Shown here piece after piece: positions 21,653 through 31,656 of a stretch of DNA of 64,000 nucleotides. Every line of letters starts with the position of its first letter. Positions within the stretch are counted from its first letter, which is position 1. The stretch spans positions 96,001 through 160,000 of the IMG/VR virus record IMGVR_UViG_3300037781_000042; one strand, written 5' to 3'. The DNA is from a virus. Its lineage: Duplodnaviria; Caudoviricetes. The position numbers were made by a program, and so were the translations under genes. The notes beneath the pieces are model-generated. The model had not been told where the DNA came from, did no database searches, and saw only the letters and a list, made by a program, of their open reading frames with translations.

Positions 21653-22333
21653 TTACTTCTTAGCTGAACCTGTTTTCTTTTTTGCAGATTTTTTAATTCT
21701 TTCGAATTCGTCATCTACTTCAGAACTTCCAAGTTCTTCAAATTGTTTTTCAAATGAAGTGTCATCATCAATCATTTCTTCATAGGCATCGGCAATATCT
21801 TGCTCTTTGTTAATATCTTCTTCTAAAGATTTAAAATCAGCAAGTCCTGAATCTCCAATTCCTAAAGATGCTTCATTTAATTCTTTTTGAATTGTTGCGT
21901 GACTCTTTCTAGCTTTCAAACTTTCAACTTGAATTTGCATCGTTTCATACTTACTTTCAAGACGTTCTTTCTGCGCTTTTAGTTTAGTAGAAGCTGTAGT
22001 TGCTTGAGTTAACATCTTTTCATACATCTTTAAATTATTTTGATGTACTAATTTCTTTCTAATTGCCGATTTAGCAAGTTCATCTTCACCTTCTTCAATT
22101 GCTCTTTTAGCTTTTGATTCAAGGTCTTTGATTGTATGTTTTTCTAAATCAACTTTTCTTTCAATTGATTTTTGATTTGCGAGAGCTTTAGCTGTTGCTT
22201 TAATTGATTCAGCAACTTTTTCTTTTACATCTCTCATAGATTGATCTAACATTTTGGAAGTATCTTCCATAGAATCTAAAGCACTGTTAGCTTCTGCTTT
22301 AAACCAGGTTTTTATTCGTTTGAATAGTCCCAT
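21653..22333 (-). CDS. pspA: PspA/IM30 family protein (phage shock protein A-like, bacterial ESCRT-III)
   Basis: MGLFKRIKTWFKAEANSALDSMED..KMLDQSMRD ... A..AI..GEDELAK.A ... E..I...EA.ADA ... VDDEFERIK is the canonical PspA helix pattern. Confidence 0.9.
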   Translation of the reverse strand: MGLFKRIKTWFKAEANSALDSMEDTSKMLDQSMRDVKEKVAESIKATAKALANQKSIERKVDLEKHTIKDLESKAKRAIEEGEDELAKSAIRKKLVHQNNLKMYEKMLTQATTASTKLKAQKERLESKYETMQIQVESLKARKSHATIQKELNEASLGIGDSGLADFKSLEEDINKEQDIADAYEEMIDDDTSFEKQFEELGSSEVDDEFERIKKSAKKKTGSAKK

Positions 22334-22367
22334 ACTATTTTTCTCCTTTTATAGTGAATAAGTTATA

Positions 22368-23177
22368 TTAATTATACTTTCGTTTCTTTGAAAAGTTTTC
22401 TTTAAAAATTTTCTTAAATTTTGAATACGGTGATATTTTCTTTTTAGGTTTTTGATATTTTTCTCTTAAATTAATCTTTCCTTTATTTTTTAAAGAATTT
22501 CTATTTTGGTATCTATCATAATCAAAATCATCAAATAATAGACTTTCTCCAAATTCGTCTTCCCAATTTTCTCCAAAAACTTCATTGTAGTAATCATATA
22601 AATTGAATTGTTGATATGTTTTCTCAGGTGGTTCAATTGTTCCATCTAAGTAAACCAATCTTTCTCTATTATAATCTATTACTTCACATGTATCAGAATA
22701 ATACTCTCTATGAACAAAATTTCTTAATTTTTCCATATCAGTTATATTTTCTTCTACTAATCCTTCTCTTACAAGACCTGCAAATAAATTATTTGAAAGG
22801 TCTATATCTCTTTGGGGAACTTGTATTTTATAACAAGCAGCTTCTCCAACTTCTGATATAAACATTCCAGTAGAAAAACCTTCTAATCTATGTTCAATTA
22901 CCCAATCACTTGCGTGACACCAAATATAAATATTGTTACCTTCTTTTTCTTTTAAAGCCTGAATAAATTCAGGATCTCTAAATAAATTACCCCAACTAAA
23001 TAATCCAAAAGGACTCCCGTGGCCTAACATAATAACTAAATCAGCTTCTTTAATATCCTGAAGTATGTTATTATTATGAGTGTATCTTCTATAAACCTTT
23101 TTATCTGGGAGGTCCTCATAGATAGGTTTTAAGAAATCTGTTGATTTGTCTATTGTATGTAATACTACCGTTTTCAT
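22368..23177 (-). CDS. Conserved phage hypothetical protein
   Basis: VVLH..DKSTDFLKPIY, MLGHGSP.GL, IWCHA and GMFISEV.EA motifs; first gene after promoter copy 4. Confidence 0.5.
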   Translation of the reverse strand: MKTVVLHTIDKSTDFLKPIYEDLPDKKVYRRYTHNNNILQDIKEADLVIMLGHGSPFGLFSWGNLFRDPEFIQALKEKEGNNIYIWCHASDWVIEHRLEGFSTGMFISEVGEAACYKIQVPQRDIDLSNNLFAGLVREGLVEENITDMEKLRNFVHREYYSDTCEVIDYNRERLVYLDGTIEPPEKTYQQFNLYDYYNEVFGENWEDEFGESLLFDDFDYDRYQNRNSLKNKGKINLREKYQKPKKKISPYSKFKKIFKENFSKKRKYN

Positions 23178-23240
23178 TTTATTTTCCTAAATGTTAATTG
23201 AATGTGTTGTAATATAAGAAAAATTTTTTAAATAAAAAAA
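23178..23240 (-). promoter_or_regulatory. Repeated early-promoter-like motif, copy 4
   Basis: Minus strand TTTTTTTATTTAAAAAATTTTTCTTATATTACAACACATTCAATTAACATT. Confidence 0.7.
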
Positions 23241-26200
23241 TTTATTTTTCAATTTTAGATGGATATACTTTAAAACTACAAGAAAGTTTATGTTCCGAAG
23301 GTTTTACAAAAAGCTTTAAAGATATTTGAATAGCTAACCAAAGACATAAAATAATGAGAATAGTTCTAGTAGGTTTTGATCGAAAGAACAGTTTTGATTT
23401 AATTTTAAAATCATTAAATTTACTATGAGAATTTCCATTTCCCATAATTTCTTTTAGAACTCTTTTTAATGAATCTGTGTCTTCTAAATTAAATTCCTCT
23501 TCTTCAGTAAACATACTATTACAATGATTAGTAGACAAATCATTTAAATTTATTTTTAAAGTATGCCATAGCCATGAAAAAGTAATAGTATCTTTATTGT
23601 CAGTCCATACATGGACTAGTGGTTTCTTTAATTTTTCAGGAGAAGCATCAATAATGAGATTTGCTATTTTATCTATTTTTGTGTCATCGCCTACACGTTG
23701 TTTTAGTAATTCAATTTTATCTAAAACGTTTTGAATTTCTTGTTGATTCATTTATCTTCTCCTTCTAATGTTATTCTTTTTTGAGAATGTTCTAAATTAT
23801 AATTTTCATCATCTGTAACAAAGAAGTCTATTTGAGGATAATTTAATTCAAAAACTTTTTTATCCATGAAGTTTTTATATTCTTCATTCTCATCTAACTT
23901 TATTTTTACTATTTTAAAGTAGAATCCATTTACTATAGGAGTAAAAAAACATAATTCATAAATTTCAATATCTTCTTCAGTAAGATCAAATTTTTCTATA
24001 AGTTCATTTTTAAGTTTAAATAATTCTTTCTTTAATTTTTCTACATTTTCTGAGTATTGGACACCCTTATTACTCAAAGCTTTGATTGATTTTTCTAAAG
24101 CTTCATCTAACCTTATATCATATCTCAGTGGTGTCCCCATCGCACAAGAGTTTCTTATTGATTTTAAAATTTCTATTGCTTCTTGATTGTCCATAATATT
24201 CTTTAATTTAGTGATATTCTATACATATAATGAATGTTTCCTTCTTTTATTCCTTGTAAATATTCTTCATAAGTAAAATCAATTCCTAATATAAGAGCTG
24301 ATTTAAAATGTATTTTTGATTCTTCTTTTTCTATAACCATAAAAGCCTTTTAATTGTTAAACACAAAGTATATTTTTTGTACATTTCCATTTAGCATGTG
24401 ATAAAGATATTCTTCTATTGTGAAGTGTATACCATTTATTACTATGGATTTTAATTTGATAAAATTTTCTTTAAAATTTACTTCTTTAAGAACATTCAAA
24501 TCAGATATAGGATTTCCTAAAAGATTCCCGAATACCCAATCTACGATGTCTTCATTACTTATTTCTTCCATATTAATATTATCTGGAACAGTAAATTCAA
24601 AATCGTTAAATGTTATTTCATTAAAAATTAAATTATTTTTCATTTAACTTTTTCTTATTGTATTTGATACTTTTAATTTCTATAGGAGAAGTACTTTTTT
24701 CATAAATCATCCCGATATCACCACAAAATTGTCCAAAATAATAAAATGAATCTACTTCAAATACATGATATTTAGGAAAGTCTTTTTTTAATAAATAAAA
24801 ATCAGGACCCCAAAAACATACATCCATAGTATCTGTCTTTCCATCTATTTCTAAAATAATTTCAGGATCTATCATATAATAACTAGAATCTATATTTTCA
24901 TTATTTTCAGTTGCTTTAACAAATAAAAATGCCATTCCACAAGCAACAAGTACAATTGTACCTATGTAAATAATTAAAAATTTTAGTGGTGAACTATTCA
25001 TTTATTTAACCCTCCTCTTTCTATCCATTTTTGTACATTTTCAGGGCTTCCATGAGAAATTGAAGGAAGCTGATTATAAATATAGGAACAAATTTCAGGA
25101 AGTAAATGCTTATTAATATAATCTGCTTTTCCTACTGCACCCATAAGATTATTTTCCAACACTGCTTGTAAAAAAGATCCTGTAGGTATTCCTTTATCTA
25201 CGTATCTTTGTAAACTTTCTTTTATATTATCAGGTATTTCCATTTTCATCCTCGTGTATTGAATCTTCGTGTAATAATTGACATTCTTCTTCGATAAAAG
25301 GTTCTTCTAATCGATCTAATATTTTAATTAAATCTTTATTTGTTTTTATTCTTTCTTTTAAAAAACGATTTTTTGTTTCTAATGTAGATCTCATACTATT
25401 AATCTCTAACTGCGTTATGTTTTCTATATCAAATACAAATTTTTTAAATTCGTTATTTTTTATGTTATTATTAGATTCGACTTTAATAGTAGATCCCGTA
25501 TAGTATGAAGATACTTGTTGAATAAACCAAAATTCAAGTAACCAAAGTATTTTACGATCATCTGTGTTAAGAGAAATCACGAAGAAATTATCATCTGTAA
25601 AATATGTAGAATAATTTGAAAAAGCTTCTCCTATTTCTTTATCAAATTCTTTTAAAGGAGATAAAGAATCTAATAGTTCTCCTCCTAAAAATATTTGTTG
25701 TACTTCTCCTAAATGATACTCTACATCTAATAAAAAATCAAGATATTTTATTTTCATTTTTTGCGGCCACTTACTAAATACATTCTTTTTCATTTTTAAG
25801 GCTCCAATATTTTTTGTCTATATTCTTCTAACCATTCACTTTTAATTTTTCCTTTTAATCCAGATAAAAGGATATAAGATTTTTTATCATTTAAAGCTTC
25901 TAATGTTTTTAATCCAGCATCTACTAATTCATCATCGTCTTCATTTTCAATAATAAAATTTTCAATAAATGAATAACATGTTGGATGTACTTCTGTCCAT
26001 TCAAATAAACGAAGAACAGTTAAAAATTTAAATTGCCAAAATATATCTTGTTCTAAAGCAGTAGAACACATTAATCCAGTTAATTCTTTATCAGAAAGAA
26101 AATAAGAATATTTTAAAAATATTCTTTCTAAAATATGTTCTTGTTCCGGTAAAGTATTTTTATACTCTTTTAGAAACATTTGTTTCTTTGCAGGTTTATC

Positions 26201-27368
26201 AAAATCGGTAAACTGCTCCATATAAGAAATATAATCTTTTATTTTTTCTTTGTCATTAAAAATAAAACTAAAAGTTTTTTCAATAACAAAATCCCATTCT
26301 GTTTCAATATTTGTTTTAGCATCAGGATTTATTTGTACTATCTTTCCATTTTCTTTAAATGTAAACCTAATAGGTCCATTATGTGAAGTACAATCATCTA
26401 TATGAAATATTTCAAAATCCTTTTTCATTCTATTTTCTCCCTAGTTAATTTAATAGTCTCTAATTCTTCTTCATCTATTTTATAAAAAACAGTTCCTTTC
26501 CTTTCATAAGAAATAATTAAATCTTTAAATGTATCTTCTTTTACATTTGGACCAAATATTACATTTTTAGGTACATACTCTAAATTTACAAATTTTTCTA
26601 CCAATTTATCTATTTTATTTTTATAAAAAAAGTTAGTATTGAAAAAAATATAATCTGGATCATCAGTAATTAATTTATCTAATTTTTCAGGCCAATTGTA
26701 TAAATTTAAATAATCTCCTATTTGAACAAGATTAGCAATATCTGAAAAATCTTCAAAAAGATACTCATTAGGATAAATAGAATCTTCAATATAGTCTCCT
26801 TCCAATATAGCAACTGTAGATTTTTTCATTTTATGTCTGTTCTTTAAAATTAATAATTTTATTCATTTCAGAAATAACCTTTTCTTTCCATTCATTATGA
26901 TATATTCTTTTAAATCCAAAATATCTAGTTCCATTTCCATTTTTAATTTCATCGATTTCTTTTTTAGAATCTTTAATTTCTTTTTTATAATTATCAATTA
27001 TTTTATTTAATTCCTCTATTCTACTATTATCAATCTTCTGCATCTGTTCATCGAAATCATTAATAGCCGTTTGTATAATCTCTTCAATCTTTTTTCTATC
27101 TTTTTCTTTATGATAATAAATTTGTCCGCCATACATTGCACGACCATCTTTTTGAAAAACTATACTATACATATTAGAACCAGATAAAAAGGGATCTAAC
27201 TTTTCTCTATGAGGTGAAAAATACTTCTCATTTGCATCTTTAACAGTAAATTCTTCAATGCATTTATCATAATGATAAGAATTATCAAAATACTGCATCT
27301 TTAAAATTACTACTTTATCGCCAATTTCAAATTTCATTTTTTCCTTTATTGTAATTTCATTTGAAACA

Positions 27369-27398
27369 AATATAAGAAAAATTTTTTAAATAAAAAAA
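27369..27398 (-). promoter_or_regulatory. Repeated early-promoter-like motif, copy 5 (TATATTTG variant)
   Basis: Minus strand TTTTTTTATTTAAAAAATTTTTCTTATATTTG; the upstream T-run doubles as the U-tract of the tmRNA terminator. Confidence 0.65.
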
Positions 27399-27424
27399 TC
27401 CTTACTAAAATTAATTAGTAAGGA
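27392..27424 (-). terminator. Intrinsic terminator after tmRNA
   Basis: Perfect 10-bp stem tccttactaa (27399-27408) / ttagtaagga (27415-27424), followed by TTTTTTTATTT on the minus strand. Confidence 0.85.
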
Positions 27425-27433
27425 CTTAGTTTG

Positions 27434-27789
27434 TGGAGCAGGCGGGGAACGATCCCGCGTCTTTTGCAATCCTATTAATAAATATACTACAAGTTTAGTT
27501 AATTTATAAATTTCCTAAATAGTTAACTAATTAACAAGTACTATTTAGTAGATAATTAAGAATTTCGATTTTGTATCATCATCAACTTCCAAAATCTATT
27601 TCTAAAGTATTTCGACGTTTTTAATTACATTATAGAAAGTATTCATTAAAACGTATTAGCTAGGCTGCTAACGAAGCGTACTGAGTTTCGTCAGTTACTT
27701 AGTATCAGTGTTTATTTAAGTGTCGAGACCTTTACCAACACTACTTGCAATTCATTAAATTGATCCAAAATCGAATCCTAAACTGCCCC
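27434..27789 (-). ncRNA. ssrA: tmRNA (transfer-messenger RNA), tag peptide (A)DETQYASLAA
   Basis: 5' GGGGCAG pairs with 3' CTGCTCC-A, giving G3.U70 and A73 (alanine identity). GGATTCGA follows the 5' stem. T-arm is GCGGG/CCCGC. Resume context AAGTAACT-GAC precedes the tag ORF 27692-27660, which ends LAA-TAG. Confidence 0.95.
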
Positions 27790-27790
27790 A

Positions 27791-28645
27791 TTATTTTAAA
27801 TATGTAATTTTCCCCGTTTCTAAATCTATCTTTAACCTTTGATGTTTTTTAATATTTGAAGGTCGAATATTTCTTTTAGTAAAATAAGAAGTTCCGTTAT
27901 CTAATGAAAATAAATTATCTATAAAAAGTTCTCTATTAGATGGAATAAAAGCAAAATTAGATATTGTATAAAGTGTCCATTCAGTTTCTTCATTTACTTC
28001 AGAAATTTTTTGTATTATTTTTTCTGTATCATCTAAAGAATCGAAAACGTATACTCTGTCTGGATGTTTAAATTTACTATTTTTAGATTTAGGAATTAAT
28101 CCCCTTTTCAATATTTTATTTTCATATCTTGCTGGTGATAAATGATAAAGAGTTTTAGGAATTTTTTCTTTATCAAATATTTTCATAGGATGAATTGGTT
28201 CAAATTGAAATGTTAAAACATATCCATCTTTTATTTTTTCATAATTTAAAATTTTAAATATATCATTTCCGCTTGATGAAGAAAAAAAGTTTTTATCTTT
28301 AATTAATGACCAATTATTACAGATCCACCCATAAGTAGAATTTATTTTTTCATAGACATCTTTAAATAATAAAACATCTTCATTTGATATTTTATCTATA
28401 AATACATCTATTAAAAAACGTTCTTCGTTTATTTTTTTAATATAAATTTTATTTCCAAAGTTTTTATCTAGTAAAGATTTAACAGAATCTTGATGATATG
28501 AAGTAATTAAACCTTCATATAATTTTCTATATTCTTCTTGTTCTTTTTCATAAGAAGGAGAACCAAAATAATAAAGCTCCCTATCTGGTGCAGAACAAAA
28601 TTCTAAAAATTTTTGATAACTATTTTCTGTATTTTCTTTTTCCAT
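27791..28645 (-). CDS. Protein with C-terminal ADP-ribosyltransferase-fold (Tpt1/KptA-like) domain
   Basis: LYHLSPARYENKILKRGLIPKSK...HPDRVYVF...FTKRNIRPSNIK follows the YH-x-(T/S)...I...GL-x-P...V(Y/H)...NIP pattern. Confidence 0.55.
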   Translation of the reverse strand: MEKENTENSYQKFLEFCSAPDRELYYFGSPSYEKEQEEYRKLYEGLITSYHQDSVKSLLDKNFGNKIYIKKINEERFLIDVFIDKISNEDVLLFKDVYEKINSTYGWICNNWSLIKDKNFFSSSSGNDIFKILNYEKIKDGYVLTFQFEPIHPMKIFDKEKIPKTLYHLSPARYENKILKRGLIPKSKNSKFKHPDRVYVFDSLDDTEKIIQKISEVNEETEWTLYTISNFAFIPSNRELFIDNLFSLDNGTSYFTKRNIRPSNIKKHQRLKIDLETGKITYLK

Positions 28646-29105
28646 AAGTTATATATTTTTATTAAAAATTTCAAAGAAATCTTCAAGTATCTTTTCGTTG
28701 CCCATTTTATAATAAATAAGTTTTAATTCTTCGACTGAATTATCTTTTATAGATAATAAACTATTATAACCGCTTTCATTATCATAATAAAAGAATTCAG
28801 CATGAAAGAATAAGTATTTAAAATTCCAACTTATACATATAGAATCATCATCTACTCCATATATTCTAATTTCACCTTCAATTAAATGAAGATAATTTTT
28901 AAAATGTTTTATAAACTCTTTGTATGCATGATTTATCCCTTGCCTTTCAGTTTCACTAGGACTTTTTAGTTTACTAATTTCTTCTTGTATTTTATTTTTT
29001 ACTTCACGTAAAGTCATTTTATATTCCTGCTGTTTTAATTATTTTAACTTAATAAAATTTTTCTTCATATAAAAACTTTTTACATTTTTAAAAGTATTAT
29101 TAAAC

Positions 29106-30815
29106 ATGAAAATTAAATATTCACAAGAAAGATTACATCAAATAATTGATGAATTATTTCCAAATTTAGAATTTAGGAAATATCAAAAAGAAGCAATAGT
29201 AATGATTTTGCAAGCATATCAAAATGACCCAAAATCAAATGTTATTTTAGATGCCCCTACAGGAACTGGAAAATCTATAATAGCTTTAGTTTCTTCTAAA
29301 GTTTTATCTAGTCAATACTTTAAGAAGGAATGTTATATTTTAACTTCTGAAACTTATTTACAGGATCAGTACGAAAAATCTGTTGCACAATTTGATTTTA
29401 AAGCTCCTTCTATAAAAGGAATTGATAGATACAATTGTACTATTAATTTAGATAAAATTTCTTTAGGAGACTGTAAAATAAAAGGAATTACAGGGCAAGC
29501 TTTAAGAAAATTGGATTGCTATTCTACATGTCCTTATTATTCCAGAAGAGATGCTGCTTCAAGATCAAAAATAGCAGTATTGAATTATAATTACTGGATA
29601 ATTCAACAAACTTTTGTAAATGCTACAACCGATCATCCATTATTTACTAAGAGAGATGCAACATTTTTTGATGAAGCTCACAACATAGTTCAAATAGTAA
29701 ATAATCACTTTTCTCCTAGGATAACTGAATCTATTCCAAAAAGAGCAAAAACGATATTAGAATACTATTCTTCTAAAAATTTAATTTCTTCTAAAAGAAA
29801 ATCTGAGCTTTTAAATCATGTATCTAGATTAGTTACTTCTATTTTAGCAGGAATAGATAATAATGATTTTGGAAATTTGGTAGAATTAAAACATACTTTG
29901 AAAGATATTTTAATTCCTTCTGATCAAGTTAGAGGAGCTACTTTATTTGGAACCGATACTCAATTAAATACAGAACAAAGAAAGTGTTTATCAGCAGTAG
30001 ATTTTATAAAGGATGTTCATTGTAAAGTAGAAGATTATATTGATATTATTGCAAAAAACGTAAAAGAACTTTTAGTTAGAACTGAAAAAGAAAATGAAGT
30101 TGCTTATTTTTGTTCAGATGAAAGTTATATGATGGAAAAACAATTTCATAAATATTACAATTTTGGAGTATTTATGAGTGCTACTTTTTTAAATCATGAT
30201 TTCTTTGTAAAATATAGTAATATGAAAAATGTACAAGTAATCAAAATACCAACTACATTTGATTTTTCTAAATCTCCTATTTATTATAGTAAGAAATTTA
30301 ATATGAGTTTCTATAAGAAAAAAGAATCTAGACCTGGACAAGCAGAGAAAATAAATGAAATAGTAAATAAATATGAGTCGGGAATTATTCATACAGGATC
30401 TTATGAAAATGCAAATTATTTAAAAGATACTATTAAAAATAAAAAGATTAAGTATTATAAAAATACGACAGAGAAAAAAGAACTTATAGAAAAATTGAGT
30501 GAGGATAAGAATTTCTTTATTGCCGGTCCAAGTTTATTAGAAGGATTAGATTTAGCAGGAGAAATTTCAAGATGTCAAATATTTATGAAAATTCCTTTTT
30601 TAAATTTAGGAGATAGATTTACAAAGGTACGATTTGACAAAAATAAATTATGGTATGCCTGGGAAACTTCATTAAATTTTGTTCAAGGTATAGGAAGATC
30701 AAATAGATTTGTAGAAGATTATTGTGATACTTATATTTTAGATTCGAGTTTTGAAAGACTAAGACAAGCAAAAATGATACCTGAGTATATAGAAAACAGA
30801 ATTCAAATAATTTAA
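29106..30815 (+). CDS. dinG: DinG/XPD-like SF2 DNA helicase with Fe-S cluster
   Basis: Q motif FRKYQKEA, Walker A DAPTGTGKS, four Cys (NC, DC, DC, CPY), DEAH, MSAT, EGLD and QGIGR. Confidence 0.9.
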   Translation: MKIKYSQERLHQIIDELFPNLEFRKYQKEAIVMILQAYQNDPKSNVILDAPTGTGKSIIALVSSKVLSSQYFKKECYILTSETYLQDQYEKSVAQFDFKAPSIKGIDRYNCTINLDKISLGDCKIKGITGQALRKLDCYSTCPYYSRRDAASRSKIAVLNYNYWIIQQTFVNATTDHPLFTKRDATFFDEAHNIVQIVNNHFSPRITESIPKRAKTILEYYSSKNLISSKRKSELLNHVSRLVTSILAGIDNNDFGNLVELKHTLKDILIPSDQVRGATLFGTDTQLNTEQRKCLSAVDFIKDVHCKVEDYIDIIAKNVKELLVRTEKENEVAYFCSDESYMMEKQFHKYYNFGVFMSATFLNHDFFVKYSNMKNVQVIKIPTTFDFSKSPIYYSKKFNMSFYKKKESRPGQAEKINEIVNKYESGIIHTGSYENANYLKDTIKNKKIKYYKNTTEKKELIEKLSEDKNFFIAGPSLLEGLDLAGEISRCQIFMKIPFLNLGDRFTKVRFDKNKLWYAWETSLNFVQGIGRSNRFVEDYCDTYILDSSFERLRQAKMIPEYIENRIQII

Positions 30816-30831
30816 AAGGAAGAAGATAAGT

Positions 30832-31059
30832 ATGGATATTGTTAAAGTAGATATAGGAACAGAAGAAATTCTTGTTGTTGATGGTGAACCTAGATTTGGA
30901 GCGAACCTACTTGACGGATTTCCTACTGATTTTTTAGGTTTAATAATTTTAGGTTATCAAACAGGTAGAAAAAATCAACCTTTAAGATATAAAGAATTGG
31001 AATTTGGGGGCCATGAAGATTTTAAAAAATGGTTAGAAAAAACAAAAGGGAGAGTTTAA
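30832..31059 (+). CDS. Small acidic hypothetical protein, family C
   Basis: ILVVDGE...GYQTGRKNQPL resembles LLLIDGE...SYEAGVRKEPL in 31387..31656. Confidence 0.45.
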   Translation: MDIVKVDIGTEEILVVDGEPRFGANLLDGFPTDFLGLIILGYQTGRKNQPLRYKELEFGGHEDFKKWLEKTKGRV

Positions 31060-31060
31060 A

Positions 31061-31390
31061 ATGAAAGGATTTTTATCAATATCAGTAATTGGGATTATAG
31101 CAGTAGTTCTACTTGGAGCGTATTATTATTCAACGGTTGAATTTGTTGAATTAAAAGTAAATGATAAAGAAATAACAGTATCTGGAAATCATGAAAATAC
31201 TTCAAGTAAATATTTAATATTCACAGATGATGAAGTTTTTGAAAATACCGATAGTTGGTTGTTTTTAAAATTCAATAGTTCTGATATTCAAAATAAATTG
31301 AAACCAAATAAAAAGTATGTTGTAAAAGTGGTTGGATGGAGAATTCCGTTTTTATCAATGTACAGAAATGTATTGGAGGTACACAAATGA
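31061..31390 (+). CDS. Signal-anchored small phage protein
   Basis: Hydrophobic N-terminus, then V.DKE...KYLIFTD.EVFENTDSW.FLKFNSSD...GWRIPFLSMYRN. Confidence 0.55.
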   Translation: MKGFLSISVIGIIAVVLLGAYYYSTVEFVELKVNDKEITVSGNHENTSSKYLIFTDDEVFENTDSWLFLKFNSSDIQNKLKPNKKYVVKVVGWRIPFLSMYRNVLEVHK

Positions 31391-31656
31391 AAATACAAAA
31401 TGTAACCATAGAACCTAATGAATGGGGAGAAGGAGAAAGATTTCTATTATTAATTGACGGGGAAGAAGTTTTATCAGCAGGAAGCGGAGAACCTGAAGAT
31501 AATAGTTTAGGAAGAGATTTATCTTTTGTTTATAAAATTTCAGAATTTATGAAATCTTCATACGAAGCAGGAGTAAGAAAAGAACCTTTGAACGTTGAAA
31601 ATCTATCGTTTGATGATTGGGAACAATATGAGAACTGGAAAGGAAATGGAAAATAA
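31387..31656 (+). CDS. Small acidic hypothetical protein, family C (start revised from 31336)
   Basis: The ATG at 31387 overlaps the previous TGA; contains GEPEDNSLGRDL. Confidence 0.55.
   Translation: MKIQNVTIEPNEWGEGERFLLLIDGEEVLSAGSGEPEDNSLGRDLSFVYKISEFMKSSYEAGVRKEPLNVENLSFDDWEQYENWKGNGK

Larger units (their letters stand above)
883..29017 (-). other. Minus-strand array of about 75 small early-type phage genes, mostly hypothetical
   Basis: Contiguous or overlapping ORFs (ATGA and TAATG couplings) on one strand, many preceded by AAGGAG/GGAG ribosome-binding sites. Confidence 0.85.

Noticed and set aside
27431-27461. tRNA-like sequence
   Set aside because: It is the 3' half of the tmRNA tRNA-like domain; there is no anticodon arm. 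No stand-alone tRNA gene was seen in the window.
29018-29105. Seventh copy of the early promoter motif at the strand switch
   Set aside because: Only a partial match (AAAATTTTTCTTCATATAAAA) in near-pure AT sequence; not distinguishable from chance by eye.
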